From: Mustelus asterias
Taxonomy: Eukaryota
Direction of reading: 5' to 3'
Assembly: GCF_964213995.1 (NCBI RefSeq)
Contig: NC_135810.1
Coordinates: 21,142,001 to 21,206,000 of the forward strand
Length of the DNA stretch: 64,000 nucleotides
This document shows positions 35,746 to 48,422 of the stretch, in pieces. Under the pieces are notes generated by a model, which saw only the letters and a list, made by a program, of their open reading frames with translations, was not told the DNA's origin and made no database searches. A program made the position numbers and the translations under genes. Every line of letters starts with the position of its first letter. Position 1 is the first letter of the stretch.

Positions 35746-36384
35746 GCCTAGCTTTGAAACAAAACGCTACTGTGTTCATGAACTGCAAAAGGTTCCGTTC
35801 CCTTGATACCCATCTTATCAATAACGACAGAATTTCTAACCTAGAATTCAACAGATGAAAATAGACAAGTCGACATTAATTTCAAATCAATCTTCTGTGC
35901 TTGGGCCATTTGAAAAAAAGAAAGGAGATAAATGTTTGCTAGCAGGTGAAGAAGAAAGACCAAAATGTATTTTTATAGCTTTTTCACAACTTAAAATCCT
36001 CCAAAAGGCTTCATAGCAAATTAAGTAATTTTGAATTGTGATCACTGGTGTCATATAAAGATAAGCAGAAATCAATTTGCACATGGCAAAATCTCACAGA
36101 AGCAATTAAATAAATGCACAGTGAATGTACTAAGTCAATTAATTTGTTGTTCAGCCTCTTTGAATTGAAATGCTCCTGTACCTATTTGTTCTGAAGTTGA
36201 TCCTGAAGTTGGGTCTGCCACATCTGATGCTGTGTGGATATGTGTTTCAAATTATTTTCTGGGCATGTCTTCCATCATTTCAGTGAGGGGATGAATGAGC
36301 AGGAAACCTACAATTCACTGACATGTAGCAGGTTCCTACTTTCTCCAACATACTCTTTCACCATGTCCTCTCTTGGCAATCATT

Positions 36385-36810
36385 TGATTTGATTTGATTT
36401 GATTTCATGTATGATTGTCACGTGTTAACATACAGTGAAAAGTATTATTTCTTACACACTATACAGGCAAAGCATAACGTTCATAGAGAAGGAAAGGAGA
36501 GAGTGCAGAATGTAGTATTACAGTCATAGCTAGTGTGTAGAGAAAGGACAACTTAATATGAGGTAGGTTCATTCAAAAGTCTGATGGCAGCAGGGAAGAA
36601 GCTTTTCTTGAGTTGGTTGGTACCTGACCTGAGGGTTTTGTATCTTTTTCCCAAAGGAAGAAGGTGGAAGAGACTATGAGTGGGGCCCTGGATTATGCTG
36701 GCTGCTTTTCCAAGGCAGCGGGAAGTGTAGACAGAGTCAATGAATGGGAGGCTGGTTTGCCTGATGGACTGCGCTTCGTTCACGACGCTTTGTAGTTTCT
36801 TGCTTTGGGC
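36385..36810 (-). mobile_element. Rex1/Babar LINE 3' end
   Basis: ORF 36553-36783 ...HSLFHLLPLGKRYKTLRSGTNQLKKSFFPAAIRLLN, with an (AAATC)n tail. Confidence 0.8.
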
Positions 36811-37432
36811 AGCAGAAAAGTTTTAAAGTGTTATGTGAGGACTTCCTCGATGTCATCCCCATCAATGCCAAAACCAGATAGGGGGACTTGTTTCATATTA
36901 GATAAAATAGACCCATTGGCAGCAATGGTAGCATTCTTTAAAAAAATACTTTTACAATGAAAAAGGACCACTATCAGTCTATCTACATGCAGAAGCCTCA
37001 TAAGTTACCAAAACCAATAAACTATTGTGCAGACTGTACAAATGCAGACCGCACCCACCAGACTTTGCTTGAACCTCAATGACCACAGATAATAGTTGTG
37101 CTCAGATTAGAAACCATTTATTTGAAAGCTGTTCAAGGCCTTAAACTTGGCTGAGAAAGGATCTGATTTGGCAGTCAAATCAATTGGTTCCTGTTCATCT
37201 ACAGCCCTCACTAGCCATACCACCACTACTCACCTACCTGTTCCCCTCCCACCCCCGCCCCCTCCCCTAACCCCCATCCTTTCCACAAACGATTGATGGG
37301 TCTGCTGGAGGTGCTTGCTGATGGGCATAGTGATTTTAAATGTTGTGAAGTGTCTTTTTTTTCTTCTGTGCTACGTGGGACTGGTTCAAGATGATTCTGA
37401 TAGAAACAGGAGTAGAATGTACTATGGAAATG

Positions 37433-37762
37433 ATGGCATGATGGCACAGTGCTTAGCACTACTGCCTCACTGCCCAGGGACCCAGGTTCAATTCCGGCCT
37501 CAGATGACGTTCTGTGTGGAGTTTGCACATTCTCCCCGAGTTTGCGTATGTTTCTTCCTGGTTTTCTGGTTTCCTCCCACACTCCAAAGATGTGCAGTTT
37601 AAGTGGATTGGCCATGCTAAATTCCCTCTTAGTGGCAGGGGGATTAACAGGGTAAATACTTGGGGTTACGGGTATAGGATTTGTTGGGATTGTTGCCAGT
37701 GCAGGCCGATGGGCCAAATGACCTCCTTCTGCACTGTAGGGATTCTATGATTCTTTGATTCT
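37433..37762 (+). mobile_element. HE1-like V-SINE
   Basis: A/B boxes, V-domain, tail. Confidence 0.85.
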
Positions 37763-38522
37763 AATTGGTCACTAAACACTCCTTCAATTCATGCTGACAT
37801 GTTGATAGGTGGTGCATCATACTTGAAGTTATGTTATGAGAGTTAATTAGGGAGTAGTTAAGAAAGGGTAACAGGGTAAAAGTGATGCTAACAGTTTGGG
37901 AATTTCCTACGTTGACTTTCTCCATCATTATTGTGGAAGAAGAGTTGCATTTACAGCTAATTAAGTCTTTTTGACGTGTACCCACTCTATTTGGATTATG
38001 GGCTCCTCAAATGGATGAATGGATGTACCAACAATGCTAGTTTTCTCCCCTTGTTGTGAATGAATTTCTAATTTATGTCAAACTAACTCAACACTGCATG
38101 GGTATGCTAAGCAACAATCATTAATCAGATGGGCAATAGGACATCCAATGTACTGTACAATATTTACCTAAGTTTCCACAAATCCAAAACATCCCGTGAA
38201 AGAGGAATGTAACTGGAATTACAAAATGTGCCGAATTCCCAGTATATAGTCCCAAGGTGGAAAACTTTAGCTGGAAATGCTGAAGAGAGGCACAATTGCT
38301 TCCCTGATATGCTGTTTGATGACTCCTGTTAGAATACAGCCAACGTCAGCAGCACCTCCTCACCATCTCCTCACCTCAGCAGATCAGAATGCTGACAAAG
38401 CGAGCATTGAATATTACGTACTTAAGAGTAGTGTTTGATTTCAATATATAGGCCAATGTATGGTCAAAATTGGAGCTTCCTCCTTTTTTAGAGAGAGGGA
38501 GAAGCATTCTGAATGATTTTGC

Positions 38523-39030
38523 AGGGAGACGGTGGTGGAGTGAAATGTCATTGGATTAGTAATCCAGGGACCCAGGCTAAAGCTCTGGTGACATGGGTTC
38601 AAATCCCACCATGGCAGCTGGTGGAACTTGAATTCAGTTCACAGATGTGGAATAGTTTAAAGTTTATTTATTGTCACAAGTAGGCTTACATTAACATTGC
38701 AATAAAATTACTGTGAAAATCCCCTAGTTGCCACACTCCAGCGCCTGTTTGGGTACACTGAGATAGAATTTAGCATGGCCAATGCACCTAACCAGCACAT
38801 CTTTCGGAGTCAGCTTATCTCAGTAATGGTGATATAATCGATTGTCATTAAAACCCATCTAGTTCACTAGTGCCATCCTTACCTGGTCTGGCCTATATGT
38901 GACTCCAGACGAACTGCAATTTGGTTGACTCTTAATTGCCCTCCGAAATGACCTCGCAAGTCGGCTCAAGGGGCATTTCGGGAGAAGCAACAAATGCTGG
39001 ACTTGCTGGTGATGCCCACATTCCATGAAA
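38523..39030 (+). mobile_element. Older tRNA-headed SINE (second family) with a nested minus-strand alternative-tail V-SINE fragment at 38655-38808
   Basis: B box GGTTCAAATCCC. Body CTTACCTGGTCTGGCCTATATGTGACTCCAGAC...AAATGCTGG is also at 40298-40625 (+) and 56460-56806 (-). Confidence 0.7.
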
Positions 39031-40297
39031 TAATAGAAGGGAAATTTAAGCTGATCAATTCTCCCCTCATGTAGCAAACTCTGTAATACATTAAAGTACC
39101 CAACACCAGCACAATGCTGTCACAATGTGGTGGATGAAGCATTTGAAGAGGCAAACATTCGCCATTGTCTTATTTCAGAATCTGAGCTGCAAGTCGCAAC
39201 AATATCCCACCCATTCTTCAAAGAAGGTGAAAGTGGCCAGACTTTACAGGAATCTCTGATATTGCATGAAACAGAAGTGGTATGTTGAAAGTCGTATTTT
39301 AAATTACACCATAACTTAGCTCATACAGTTTGGACTGGATGTCAAACCTGAGATTTATCTAACTATAAACACTAACTTGTCACAAATAAGCGGTTTAGCA
39401 TTTGGGAGGGTCTAAAATTGTTTATAACAGGACACTGGCATTATTGTTTTATGGTTAAAGAAAAAATAGATCTATCTGTGTCAGGATATGTTCCTTTCTT
39501 GACATTGTGTATCGAACAAGCCTGTTGGCTCCTTCATGTCACTGTCTTTTTAAGGGAGCAAACAAAATCACTATTGATATTGGAAGAGAGTGTAACTGTC
39601 ACTGGGATGAGTTGAATATAGCTCTGCATTATTTCTTATGCCCCATGAGGAGCTGTCAGATAATGTTGCTCATTTGTCAATACTTATAAAGCTTGGGTGA
39701 TGGAAGATGACTAGATAAGTATTTCTATGCCTGGTAACTGTGGTACTGTATATTGTGCAAGAGCAGCATCTTCCAGTTATATTGAGTTTGCATTCTACTG
39801 ATTGTGAGTAAAGATCTATTTTCACCATGAAGGACATAGTCTCATATTGTTACCAATGAGTGAGTAAAGATAATGGAAACTATTATAATGTGCATTATAA
39901 ATGGACATAACCAGCATGACTTCAGAAATCCAAAGGTCATGTTTTGTAAACCTAATTTGTTTTTTCAAGGGCTGATGAGAATGCTCGACATAAAAGAGCC
40001 ATTAGATATCAGCTAAGTAATCTCCAAAAAGGTTTTTAATACCATGCCACTTGGGTGGGTAGATTCGATTGCATAGTGTGAGGTGAATTGGGAAGATGGA
40101 TAACAAATCAACTCAGGCAGGGTTTTCCAAATCCTTCCAGCTTCTGTTGTCCAAAGAGAACTGAAGGAACTGTCACCGACTCTTTCGGAACTGTTAATAG
40201 TCTGTTCAATGTCTCGGAAAAATGGTCAGGATAAGAGCATGATTTGCATATTTAAACTGCTTCCCATCGAAAGCAGCTGGGATTGCTAACCATTCAC

Positions 40298-40625
40298 TTA
40301 GTAATGACAATGATCTGGGGACCCGGGTTTGAATCCCACTACAGCAGATGGTGAAACTAGAATTCAATAAAAACCTGGAATTAAAAGTCTAAGGATGACC
40401 ATAAAATCATTATTGATTGTTGTAAAGAAACAATCTGGTTCCCCTTTAGGGAAGGAAATCTGCTGTGCTTACCTGGTCTGACCTACATGTGACTCCAGAT
40501 CCACATGAATGTGTCTGACTCTTAAATGTCCTCAGAAATGCCTAGCATGCTATTTAGTTCAAGGATAACTAGGGATGGGCAATAAATGCTGGCCAGCCAA
40601 TGATGTCCTCATCCCATAAGCGAAT
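40298..40625 (+). mobile_element. Older tRNA-headed SINE (same family as 38523)
   Basis: GGTTTGAATCCC B box with shared body and tail. Confidence 0.7.
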
Positions 40626-41689
40626 TGAAAAACAGGTAATCCAGCTGAACATTAAAATTGGTACACCTTGGGTATCAATAAGTTAACGAAAGTATCCTTT
40701 CCTCAGGCTGGCACCAAACCATTTTCTAGTGAGAAATGGGTAGATAGCAGTTGAAAATTGTTCCCAGTGGCTCATGACCATTTTTGACAAACCTATCCTC
40801 AAGTGTCAGAGAAAGCCTGACTTATAGTGGTTGGGATTCTTTTGGGCTATCGTCTAACAATATGGTTAATCTGGCATTCACACAAGATGGAGGGAATGAT
40901 TCACTGTTTCAAACTCCTTTGGGAAAAGAACTTCAACAGTCCCAAACAATACCTAATATTCCTGCAGGTTCCTGGACCACTTCCCTTTCCCAGTGTTCAC
41001 AGGTGGGACGCACAACCACCCATGTAAAGGCCAGTCTGGTTAATGTCTGTCATCTCTTTCATGATACGCCGAGTCTTAAATGAACACAATGAATGGGAAC
41101 TCTGCATGGAGAAATTCCAACTCTGGTTCCATTCCCTTGGCATTATGTTCCTTGTAAATAGCAAACATGAACCTTCCGCTCCACTGAGGAATTCCAGCCC
41201 CAAATACAGGCCTCAAGGAAAAAAATACTGTTTAGCATCTTGGGAAAACTAAGTTTTCTGCTTTCTGTTTGTGGTTACTCCTGTGTTAGCTCTTCAGCAT
41301 CATTGATTAACCTCCTGCGCAATTGTTTCTTCCTGCTCCTCATTCACAAACACCTGTTTATCCCTTGTTTTGTACCACACGGCTTAATGATATCACTCTG
41401 TGAGCTCTCTGTGGGACTCATGGTAGATTTCACCTGATGTGATTCAAACATCAGAATCACTGCATAAATAATAGAAATGTTTGATACAAGATGTTTTCTT
41501 TATGTTTTATTCATTCATGGGGTGTGAAAGTCGCTAGCAAGAGCAACATTTATTAATAGACACACACACACACACCACACATACACACGCATGCACGCAG
41601 ACACACACACATACACAAGGGAGGGAGTGTGAGGATTTTAACACAGCAATAATGAAAGAATGGCAAAACAACCATTTGGAATGGAGTTC

Positions 41690-42350
41690 AGCTTGTGGGG
41701 TACATTACAGAGGATGGTGTTCCAATGTGTCTGTTGCCCTTGTCCATCTGGGTAATAGAATTCACAGCTTTGGACGGTTCTATCGAAGGAGTATTGGTGA
41801 ATTGCTGCAGTGCTCCTTGAAGATGATATTCATAGCTGCCACTGTGGTCCAGTGATGGGGGGAATAAAGGTTTAATTTGATTTGATTTATTATTGTCACA
41901 TGTTTTGGGATAGAGTGAAAAGTATTGTTTCTTACACTACACAGACAAAACATACCATTCGTAGAGTACAGAGGGGAGGTGGTGGATGGAGTGCCAATCA
42001 AGTGAGGTGCTTTTCTTGTGTTTGTTATCCAATTTCTTGAGTGTTGTTGGAGCTCCCACTCACCAGAGCAAGTGGAGACTGTTTCATCATGCTTGTGACT
42101 TGTAAATGGAAGCTGGGCTTTGGGGAGTCAGCAGGTGAGTTACTCACCACAGAATTCCCAGCCTTTGATCCGCTCTTGTAACCACAATATTTATATGGCT
42201 GGTCCATGTTTTTGAAAATGATAACCCTGGGATATTGATGGGCTAATGCCACTGACTGTCAAGCGGGATACTGCACTCGGTCAAATGTTGTCTTGATGTG
42301 AGGGGCAATCACTCTCACCTCACCTCTGGAATTCAACATTTTGTTCCATG
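41690..42350 (-). mobile_element. Degraded non-LTR retrotransposon RT (L2/CR1 group), distal part
   Basis: Reverse strand gives LNSRGEVRVI..DIKTTFDRV-like sequence, contiguous with the 44683 fragment. A small Rex-type tail is nested at about 41872-41980. Confidence 0.6.
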
Positions 42351-42909
42351 TGTTATGGCTGAGTGAGGTTGGACTCCTCGGTTGGTTCCAACAAAGGTTT
42401 TAAAATATCTTTTCCTATGTGAATACCTTTTCCAATCAAACTTTTTCATAAGGAGTAAATCAAATTACGTTTTCTTGAGTCAAATAAAGAACAAGTTTAT
42501 TAGTTACTAACCCAATGAAAAATAATAAAAGATGTGACAACACACACACAGGGCTGGGGTTTTCGTGCACACTACCACATATTTTACAGAGGTGGTCATT
42601 GGCAGGAGCTTCTGATCCCACCGCTGTTAATGGGATTTCCCATTGAATGCACCCTCACTGCTGGATAACCCATGGCAGGAGCACATCATCGGCAGGACTA
42701 GAATATCCCACTTGCATTAATGGACAGAAAATTCCATCCAGAGATCACAAAAGGAAGAAAAGTTAGAGTCCAACTAACAGTTAAATGAATACATGATTCA
42801 GTCCTTTGCTTGCTCTTGAGTCATACATAGATTGTTGAATGTTACAGGTGTTTGAAATTAGCTGATTCTCTTGAAAATCATGGAGTTGAATTTAATTCTA
42901 AGTAACGAG

Positions 42910-43195
42910 GGGTGGTAATGGTGGCACAGTGTTTAGCACTGCTGCCTCACAGTGCCAGGGACACAGGTTCAATTCTGGCCTCGGGTCACTGTCTGTTTGA
43001 AGTTTGCACTTTCTGCCCGTGTTTGCATGGCTTTCCTCTGGGTGCTCTGGTTTCCTCCCACAGTCCAAAGATGTGCGGGTTAGGTTGATTGGCCATGCTA
43101 AATTGACCCTTGTGTCTGTGGGGTTGTGGGAGTGGGGCCTAGGTGGGATTGTGGTCAGTACAGACTCCTTCTGTACTGTAGGAATTCCACGATTT
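42910..43195 (+). mobile_element. HE1-like V-SINE
   Basis: A/B boxes, V-domain, shortened tail. Confidence 0.85.
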
Positions 43196-43614
43196 TAACG
43201 ACTTTATGTTGAAAACAATTTCCTTCCTTTTAATTCCATGACCGGTCTCCCACAAATAGATGGGTTTCTCCTGAGGTTCATTCCCATGGACAGACACAAC
43301 CTCTTGGCTTGGATTTTTCTACTGTTGAGGCGGGGTTTTTCTTAATTTTAGAGAGAGAGAGAGGTTCTTCACTTGTTGTTACAGATTTTCCAGATGACTT
43401 TGATGAATTTTCTTTGTGTCAGCTTGGCAAAAATCAGTTCTTAAAACCTCCTGTCTGTATATTCCCAAAAGGAAATTCAATTAACAATTAACATGTATTG
43501 CAGTCATTGTTGTAACACAAGTAATCACATTTTGATCTTTCATCTCAGAAATCTTTGACTCGTTTCATGAAGGTAAAGACTAACAGGATTTAGGGTTATT
43601 TTGCCCTCCACAGA

Positions 43615-43958
43615 GGGGTAGCACGGTGGTACAGTGGTTAGCACTGCTGCCTCACAGTGCCAGGGATGCGGGTTCGATTCCGGACTAAGGTCACTGCCTG
43701 TGTGGCGTTTACATGTTCTCCCTGTGACTGTGTGGATTTCCTCTGGGTGCTCCAATGTCCTCCCACGGGTCGGGAGGATTGGCCTTGCTAAATTGCCTCT
43801 TAGTGTCCGAAGATGTGTAAGTTAAGGGGGTGGTAAATTAGTGGGGTTAAAGGAATATGACATGGTGTTGGGGGTGAGCCTGGATAACATGCTCTGTCAG
43901 AGAGTTGGTGCAGACTCGATGGGCCAAATGACCTCCTTCTGTCGGGATTCTATGATTT
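43615..43958 (+). mobile_element. HE1-like V-SINE
   Basis: A/B boxes, V-domain, tail. Confidence 0.8.
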
Positions 43959-43993
43959 CACAGAGGGTTCTGAGTACCTGTTGGATGTATAGA

Positions 43994-44333
43994 AGAATCA
44001 TAGTATCATTGAATCCCTATAGTGCTGAAGGAAGACATTCGGCCCATCAAGCCTGCACTGATAGCAATCTCATCCAGGTTCTATCCCCGTAATCCCGCGT
44101 ACTATCCTGACATATTTACCCTAGTTCCCCTGACACTATGGGGGCAATTTAACACAGCCTATCAACCTAACCTGCACATCTTTGGAATGTGGGAGGAAAC
44201 CGGAGCACCCGCAGGGAACCCACGCAGACACGGGGAGTACATGCAAACTCCACACAGACAGTCACCCAAGTCTGGAATTAAACCTGTGTTCCTGGTGCTG
44301 TGAGGCAGCAGTGCTAACCACTGTGCCATCGTG
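43994..44333 (-). mobile_element. HE1-like V-SINE
   Basis: Reverse complement of the SINE consensus. Confidence 0.85.
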
Positions 44334-44682
44334 CTGGTTAGCAGTTCCTGTTGTCTTTACTGTTGATTCAAATTCAGAACTTTGCATTTTCCTTGATTAG
44401 AGTCCTTGGTTGATGTCTGTTGGTTTCCTGTAAGATGTCTCCCTCTTCACATTTCCTTTCTTGGGGTGGGGTGAAGGGGCGGGGGAGGGGGGGCGGTGGT
44501 GGTGCGGGGAGTCGGCGGGGCGGTTGTGGGGGGGAGTTCTTGCTTGCTTTTCTCACCCTCACCTTAGAAGGTGACCTCAAATTTTAAAAGTTTGCTGTCT
44601 ATTTTTTAAAATGCCAAATTTTCAGTCATTTGAAATTTTTAAAAGATCACTTTTCGACAATAAAAAGGTATTTGTTTTGTGT

Positions 44683-45055
44683 GTGGTCCAAGGCTGTGAT
44701 AAGGTCTTGAACAGATTGGCTCTGATAGAACTCAAACTGCACAGCAGTGAGCAGATTATTGCTGGAAGTGCCACTTGATAGCACTGTTGACAACACTTTC
44801 GATCACTTTGTGAGGATGGAGAGTAGACTAATAGGGTGACATTTGGTCAGATTGGATTTGTCCTTTTTATGTACAGGATATATCTTGGCAATTTTCCACA
44901 TTCACAGGTAGATGTCTGTGTTCCAGCTGTACTGAAACAGCTTGGCTAAAGATGCAGCCAGTTCTGGAACGTAAATCTTCAGGACTACAGCTGGGATGTT
45001 CTTAGGGCTCATGGTCTTTGCAGTACACAGTGCCTTCAGTTGTAACTTGATATTA
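44683..45055 (-). mobile_element. Degraded non-LTR retrotransposon RT, proximal part
   Basis: Reverse strand DKSN....HPISLLSI..KVIESVVN...NNLLTAVQFEF...DLITAL (NYRPISLL / QFGFR region). Confidence 0.7.
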
Positions 45056-45529
45056 TGATTGTTGAATATTTTTTCATTTCATGTTGTTTGTCAGAAAATG
45101 CAAGAGTTAGATTGTTGTTCTTGAATCGTTGCAATGGCACAATCACATATACTTCTTGTCACCCCAAATCAGGATGACTGATCTGTTCCTTTGACGACAT
45201 CTTCAGAACGCTTATCTTTTCAGCTTCTAAACATCTGCTGTTTCATACTTTCCATCAAATTCATATGTGCTATGTTCCTGAAAGCAGTTGGTGGGGGATG
45301 GAACTGCAGCCAATCTTCACAGACTTTTATAAGCATTTATTTGCAGTTACACATTACACCCATGCACCTTTGAATCTTACCACCACAGTTTCAGTCTGTG
45401 TGTACTTACAAGGGCACTGTTCCTTAGGATGTTTGATTCTGTAAAAAGCACGATATAAAGTTGCTGTTTTGTTGTTGCTGACCAGGTCATTACACTTCTT
45501 TCTGTGCAACTATAAGTCTTAGGCTCAAG

Positions 45530-45808
45530 ATGGTAGCACAGTGGTTAGCATGCTGCTTCACCGTGCCAGGGATCCGGGTTCAATTCCCAGCTTGGGTCAC
45601 TGTCTGTGTGGAGTTTGCACGTTCTTCCCGTGTCTGTGAGGGTTTCCTCCGGGTGCTCCGGCTTCCTCCCATATTCTGAAAGACGTGCTGGTTAGGTGCA
45701 TTGACCCAAACAGGTGCCGGACTGTGGCGACTAGATGAATTTCACAGTAACTTCATTGCAGTGTTAATGTAAGCCTTACTTGTGACTAATAAATAAACTT
45801 TAACTTTA
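45530..45808 (+). mobile_element. V-SINE, alternative-tail variant
   Basis: Head, V-domain and ...GTGACTAATAAATAAACTTTAAC tail. Confidence 0.85.
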
Positions 45809-46286
45809 GCATTCAATTCCACAGCCAACTCCCTTCCCCGAGCATGGATTATATACTTGGGGGTTTACTGACCACTTAAATACTAAGTAATCCATCCTTT
45901 CTGCATGTTATCCCCATTAGCATTATGTACAAGTTTGATTGCTCAAGATTGCCCTTCTCTGTATCTAGCTGCCAACTTGACTGCCCTGACCAGCAGCCCC
46001 CATTTCACCCTGCTGGCCATTTACGGTCAATTTATGGCCTAATTCTACAGGAGTTTTCTAATCTCACAGACATATCAAAATCTTGTACAAACAGATGGCA
46101 TGTCTCTTTTTATATTGGTTTCCTGACCCTGCACTTTGAGATGGAGTCAGGATTGAGTTGCCATGGCAGTCTGCAGTCCACTCCACACTGAGAGTGCAAA
46201 ATCAGAATTTAGAAACCTCAGTGTTTATATCTCAGCGACTGCCCAGAGATTCCAGTTACAGTTTACAGTTAAAGTAAACTTATCTT

Positions 46287-46580
46287 CCACGGTGGCTCAG
46301 TGGTTAGCATTGTTGACTCAAAGCACCAGGGATCCGATTCCCAGCTTGGGTCACTGTCTGTGCGGAGTCTGCACATTCTTCTCGTGTCTGCCTGGTTTCC
46401 GCCGGGTGCTCCAGTTTCTTCCCACTGTCCGAAAGGCGTGCTGGTTAGGTGCATTGGCCATGATAAATTCCCCCTCCATGTACTCAAACAGGTGCCGGAG
46501 TGTGGCGACTAGGGGATTTTCGCAGCAACTTCATAACAGTGTTAATGTAATCCTATTTGTGACACTAATAAGTAAACTAA
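46287..46580 (+). mobile_element. V-SINE, alternative-tail variant
   Basis: Head, V-domain and alternative tail. Confidence 0.8.
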
Positions 46581-48061
46581 AGGAAAAACATTACAGCAAG
46601 GCTTTTGCTCCTGCCACAAAACATTTTTTGCAGGATCTATAGTCACAATTTAACTGCATCGTAATACTTTTCTAATATGACAATATTTTACTGTTGCTTT
46701 GACTTACACAGGATAATCCAACCAGTGTCTGAAAGTGAAAGCGGTGTGTTCTCACAGAGTAGTTCATTATTCCATGAGGCTGGGTAAGAGTTTGTGGATG
46801 AGGTGTTATTAATGGGGGGAGGGGGTCGTCTGGAGGAGAAACTTATTCTTAAATAAGTCTGGTGTGTAAGCATTCTGTAGGTATTATTTAACTGGACAGG
46901 TGACAGCTGATCTATGCAAGGTGCCCTGAGCAGAACTGCAGAATTCTCGTAAAATGATCCAACAGATCTGGGCAGGTCCGGCAAAATGTATGGCATACGT
47001 TATCCCTCAGCCAGGACAGTGGCTGCTGTGCTGAAGAGAACACTTCGTAAATATTAATTCTCTGTTCTGAATTACAGCAGAAAACAAAGAATACATTTAT
47101 TGTGACTTATAAACTGGAGGCACATGTATCTCTGCCCAATTTTAAGAGAGGATTATAATTATGGAGAACAGGTGCCCTGCGTGATTGCTAGTCACAGACT
47201 TTCCATAATCCTGTTGCAAATCCTTGGGATACATGTTCAACTTTACCACTCATTTTAACTGTTGCCTGAGCAGAAAACGGGGCAATATCTGCTGTGGAGG
47301 ATTACATACTTATTAAAAAACTTGCCTGACTTGCTCCCTATGAATGTGAATGGAAGGAACAGCGACACATTGCCTTATCAGTACATAATGCATTCTTTCC
47401 TTCCCTGCTCTGTTCAGGCAATGTTTATTATCCAGGCTGTAAAGTTGCAAATCCACCATCTTAAGGCGACTAATTCCGAGGTGAAAACATTCATAACAAG
47501 ACTGAATTTTGAAGCTCCTCTGTGGGCAAATTAGCTCGAGACTTTTTAACTTGACATGTTTGTTTGGCTCAGACGCTTCACGGATAGAAGTTTCTGTGGT
47601 CAGGTGATCCATGACCTCGAGGATTGTTCTGGAAATATAGATATTTTTTTCATGAGCCTGGATAAAAACTCAAAATGTGGAAGCCAAGTTTAAACCTAGC
47701 CATTCTCTGCAATTTGTAAACTGGAACAACAGTTTTCATACAGCCAGGCCTTGGACAATCAACTTCCCATTGAACCCAGGCAGGCCTGGAAGTGCCTGGC
47801 CAGTTGCTAATGGCCACATTGTGTCAGAACAAACTGTTGTTTGCAACTCCAGTGAACCTGCTTTGTTAGAAGAATGCTACACAGACTTGGTGGCATCCAG
47901 TTCAGTAGGAGGCCAGAGTCATAGCATGACAAGGACAGCATTTGACAGTTTGAAGTTCAAAACCATGTTCTGTGACCTCCAAATATAGAAAGTAGTCACC
48001 TCATTGGATTTTATCCAATGCTAGTATTGGACAAAGGCCACAGAATCTTCAAGAAGGGTAC

Positions 48062-48358
48062 TGAAGCGCGACAATCAAGCACGAGGTACAAGGCTTCAGC
48101 TATTGAAGGCTTTTATGAGCAAACAATGGAACTAACTAACACGAGTACACCAATTCAGACTGGAGGGGTCCCGCCTGAGCAGAGGGTCTTATACCTCTCC
48201 CCAGGAGGCGGGGCCCGACCGGGATGTGCCATAACAACATCTACCACAGGTAAACACCCTAACCCAACAACATTATACAACCCCCACAGTGGCAACACCC
48301 TAACCCAACAGTAACATAGGAATAACCCCACAGTGGTAACCAACGATGGTTCACCACA
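48062..48358 (-). repeat. 3' LTR
   Basis: Direct repeat of 52440-52736 with 4 substitutions by eye. Poly(A) signal reads CATAAA here. Confidence 0.95.
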
Positions 48359-48373
48359 TTCACCCCTCCTTTA
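48359..48373 (-). promoter_or_regulatory. Polypurine tract
   Basis: Minus strand AAAGGAGGGGTGAA immediately before the 3' LTR TG. Confidence 0.85.
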
Positions 48374-48422
48374 AAAACAAAAGGCCGGCGGGGTGCGAAA
48401 ACAGGTCACATATATACAAAAT

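Larger units (their letters stand above)
42351..44659. mobile_element. Putative old LTR-like insertion carrying nested SINEs and a MITE
   Basis: Begins TGTTAT exactly where the LINE RT breaks and contains TTTATT and a GA repeat like the 21743 LTR. The right end is uncertain and no clean TSD was found. Confidence 0.35.

Noticed and set aside
47313-47628. About 100-codon minus-strand open frame after a splice acceptor
   Set aside because: No recognisable protein and no convincing donor site, so it is not annotated as a CDS.
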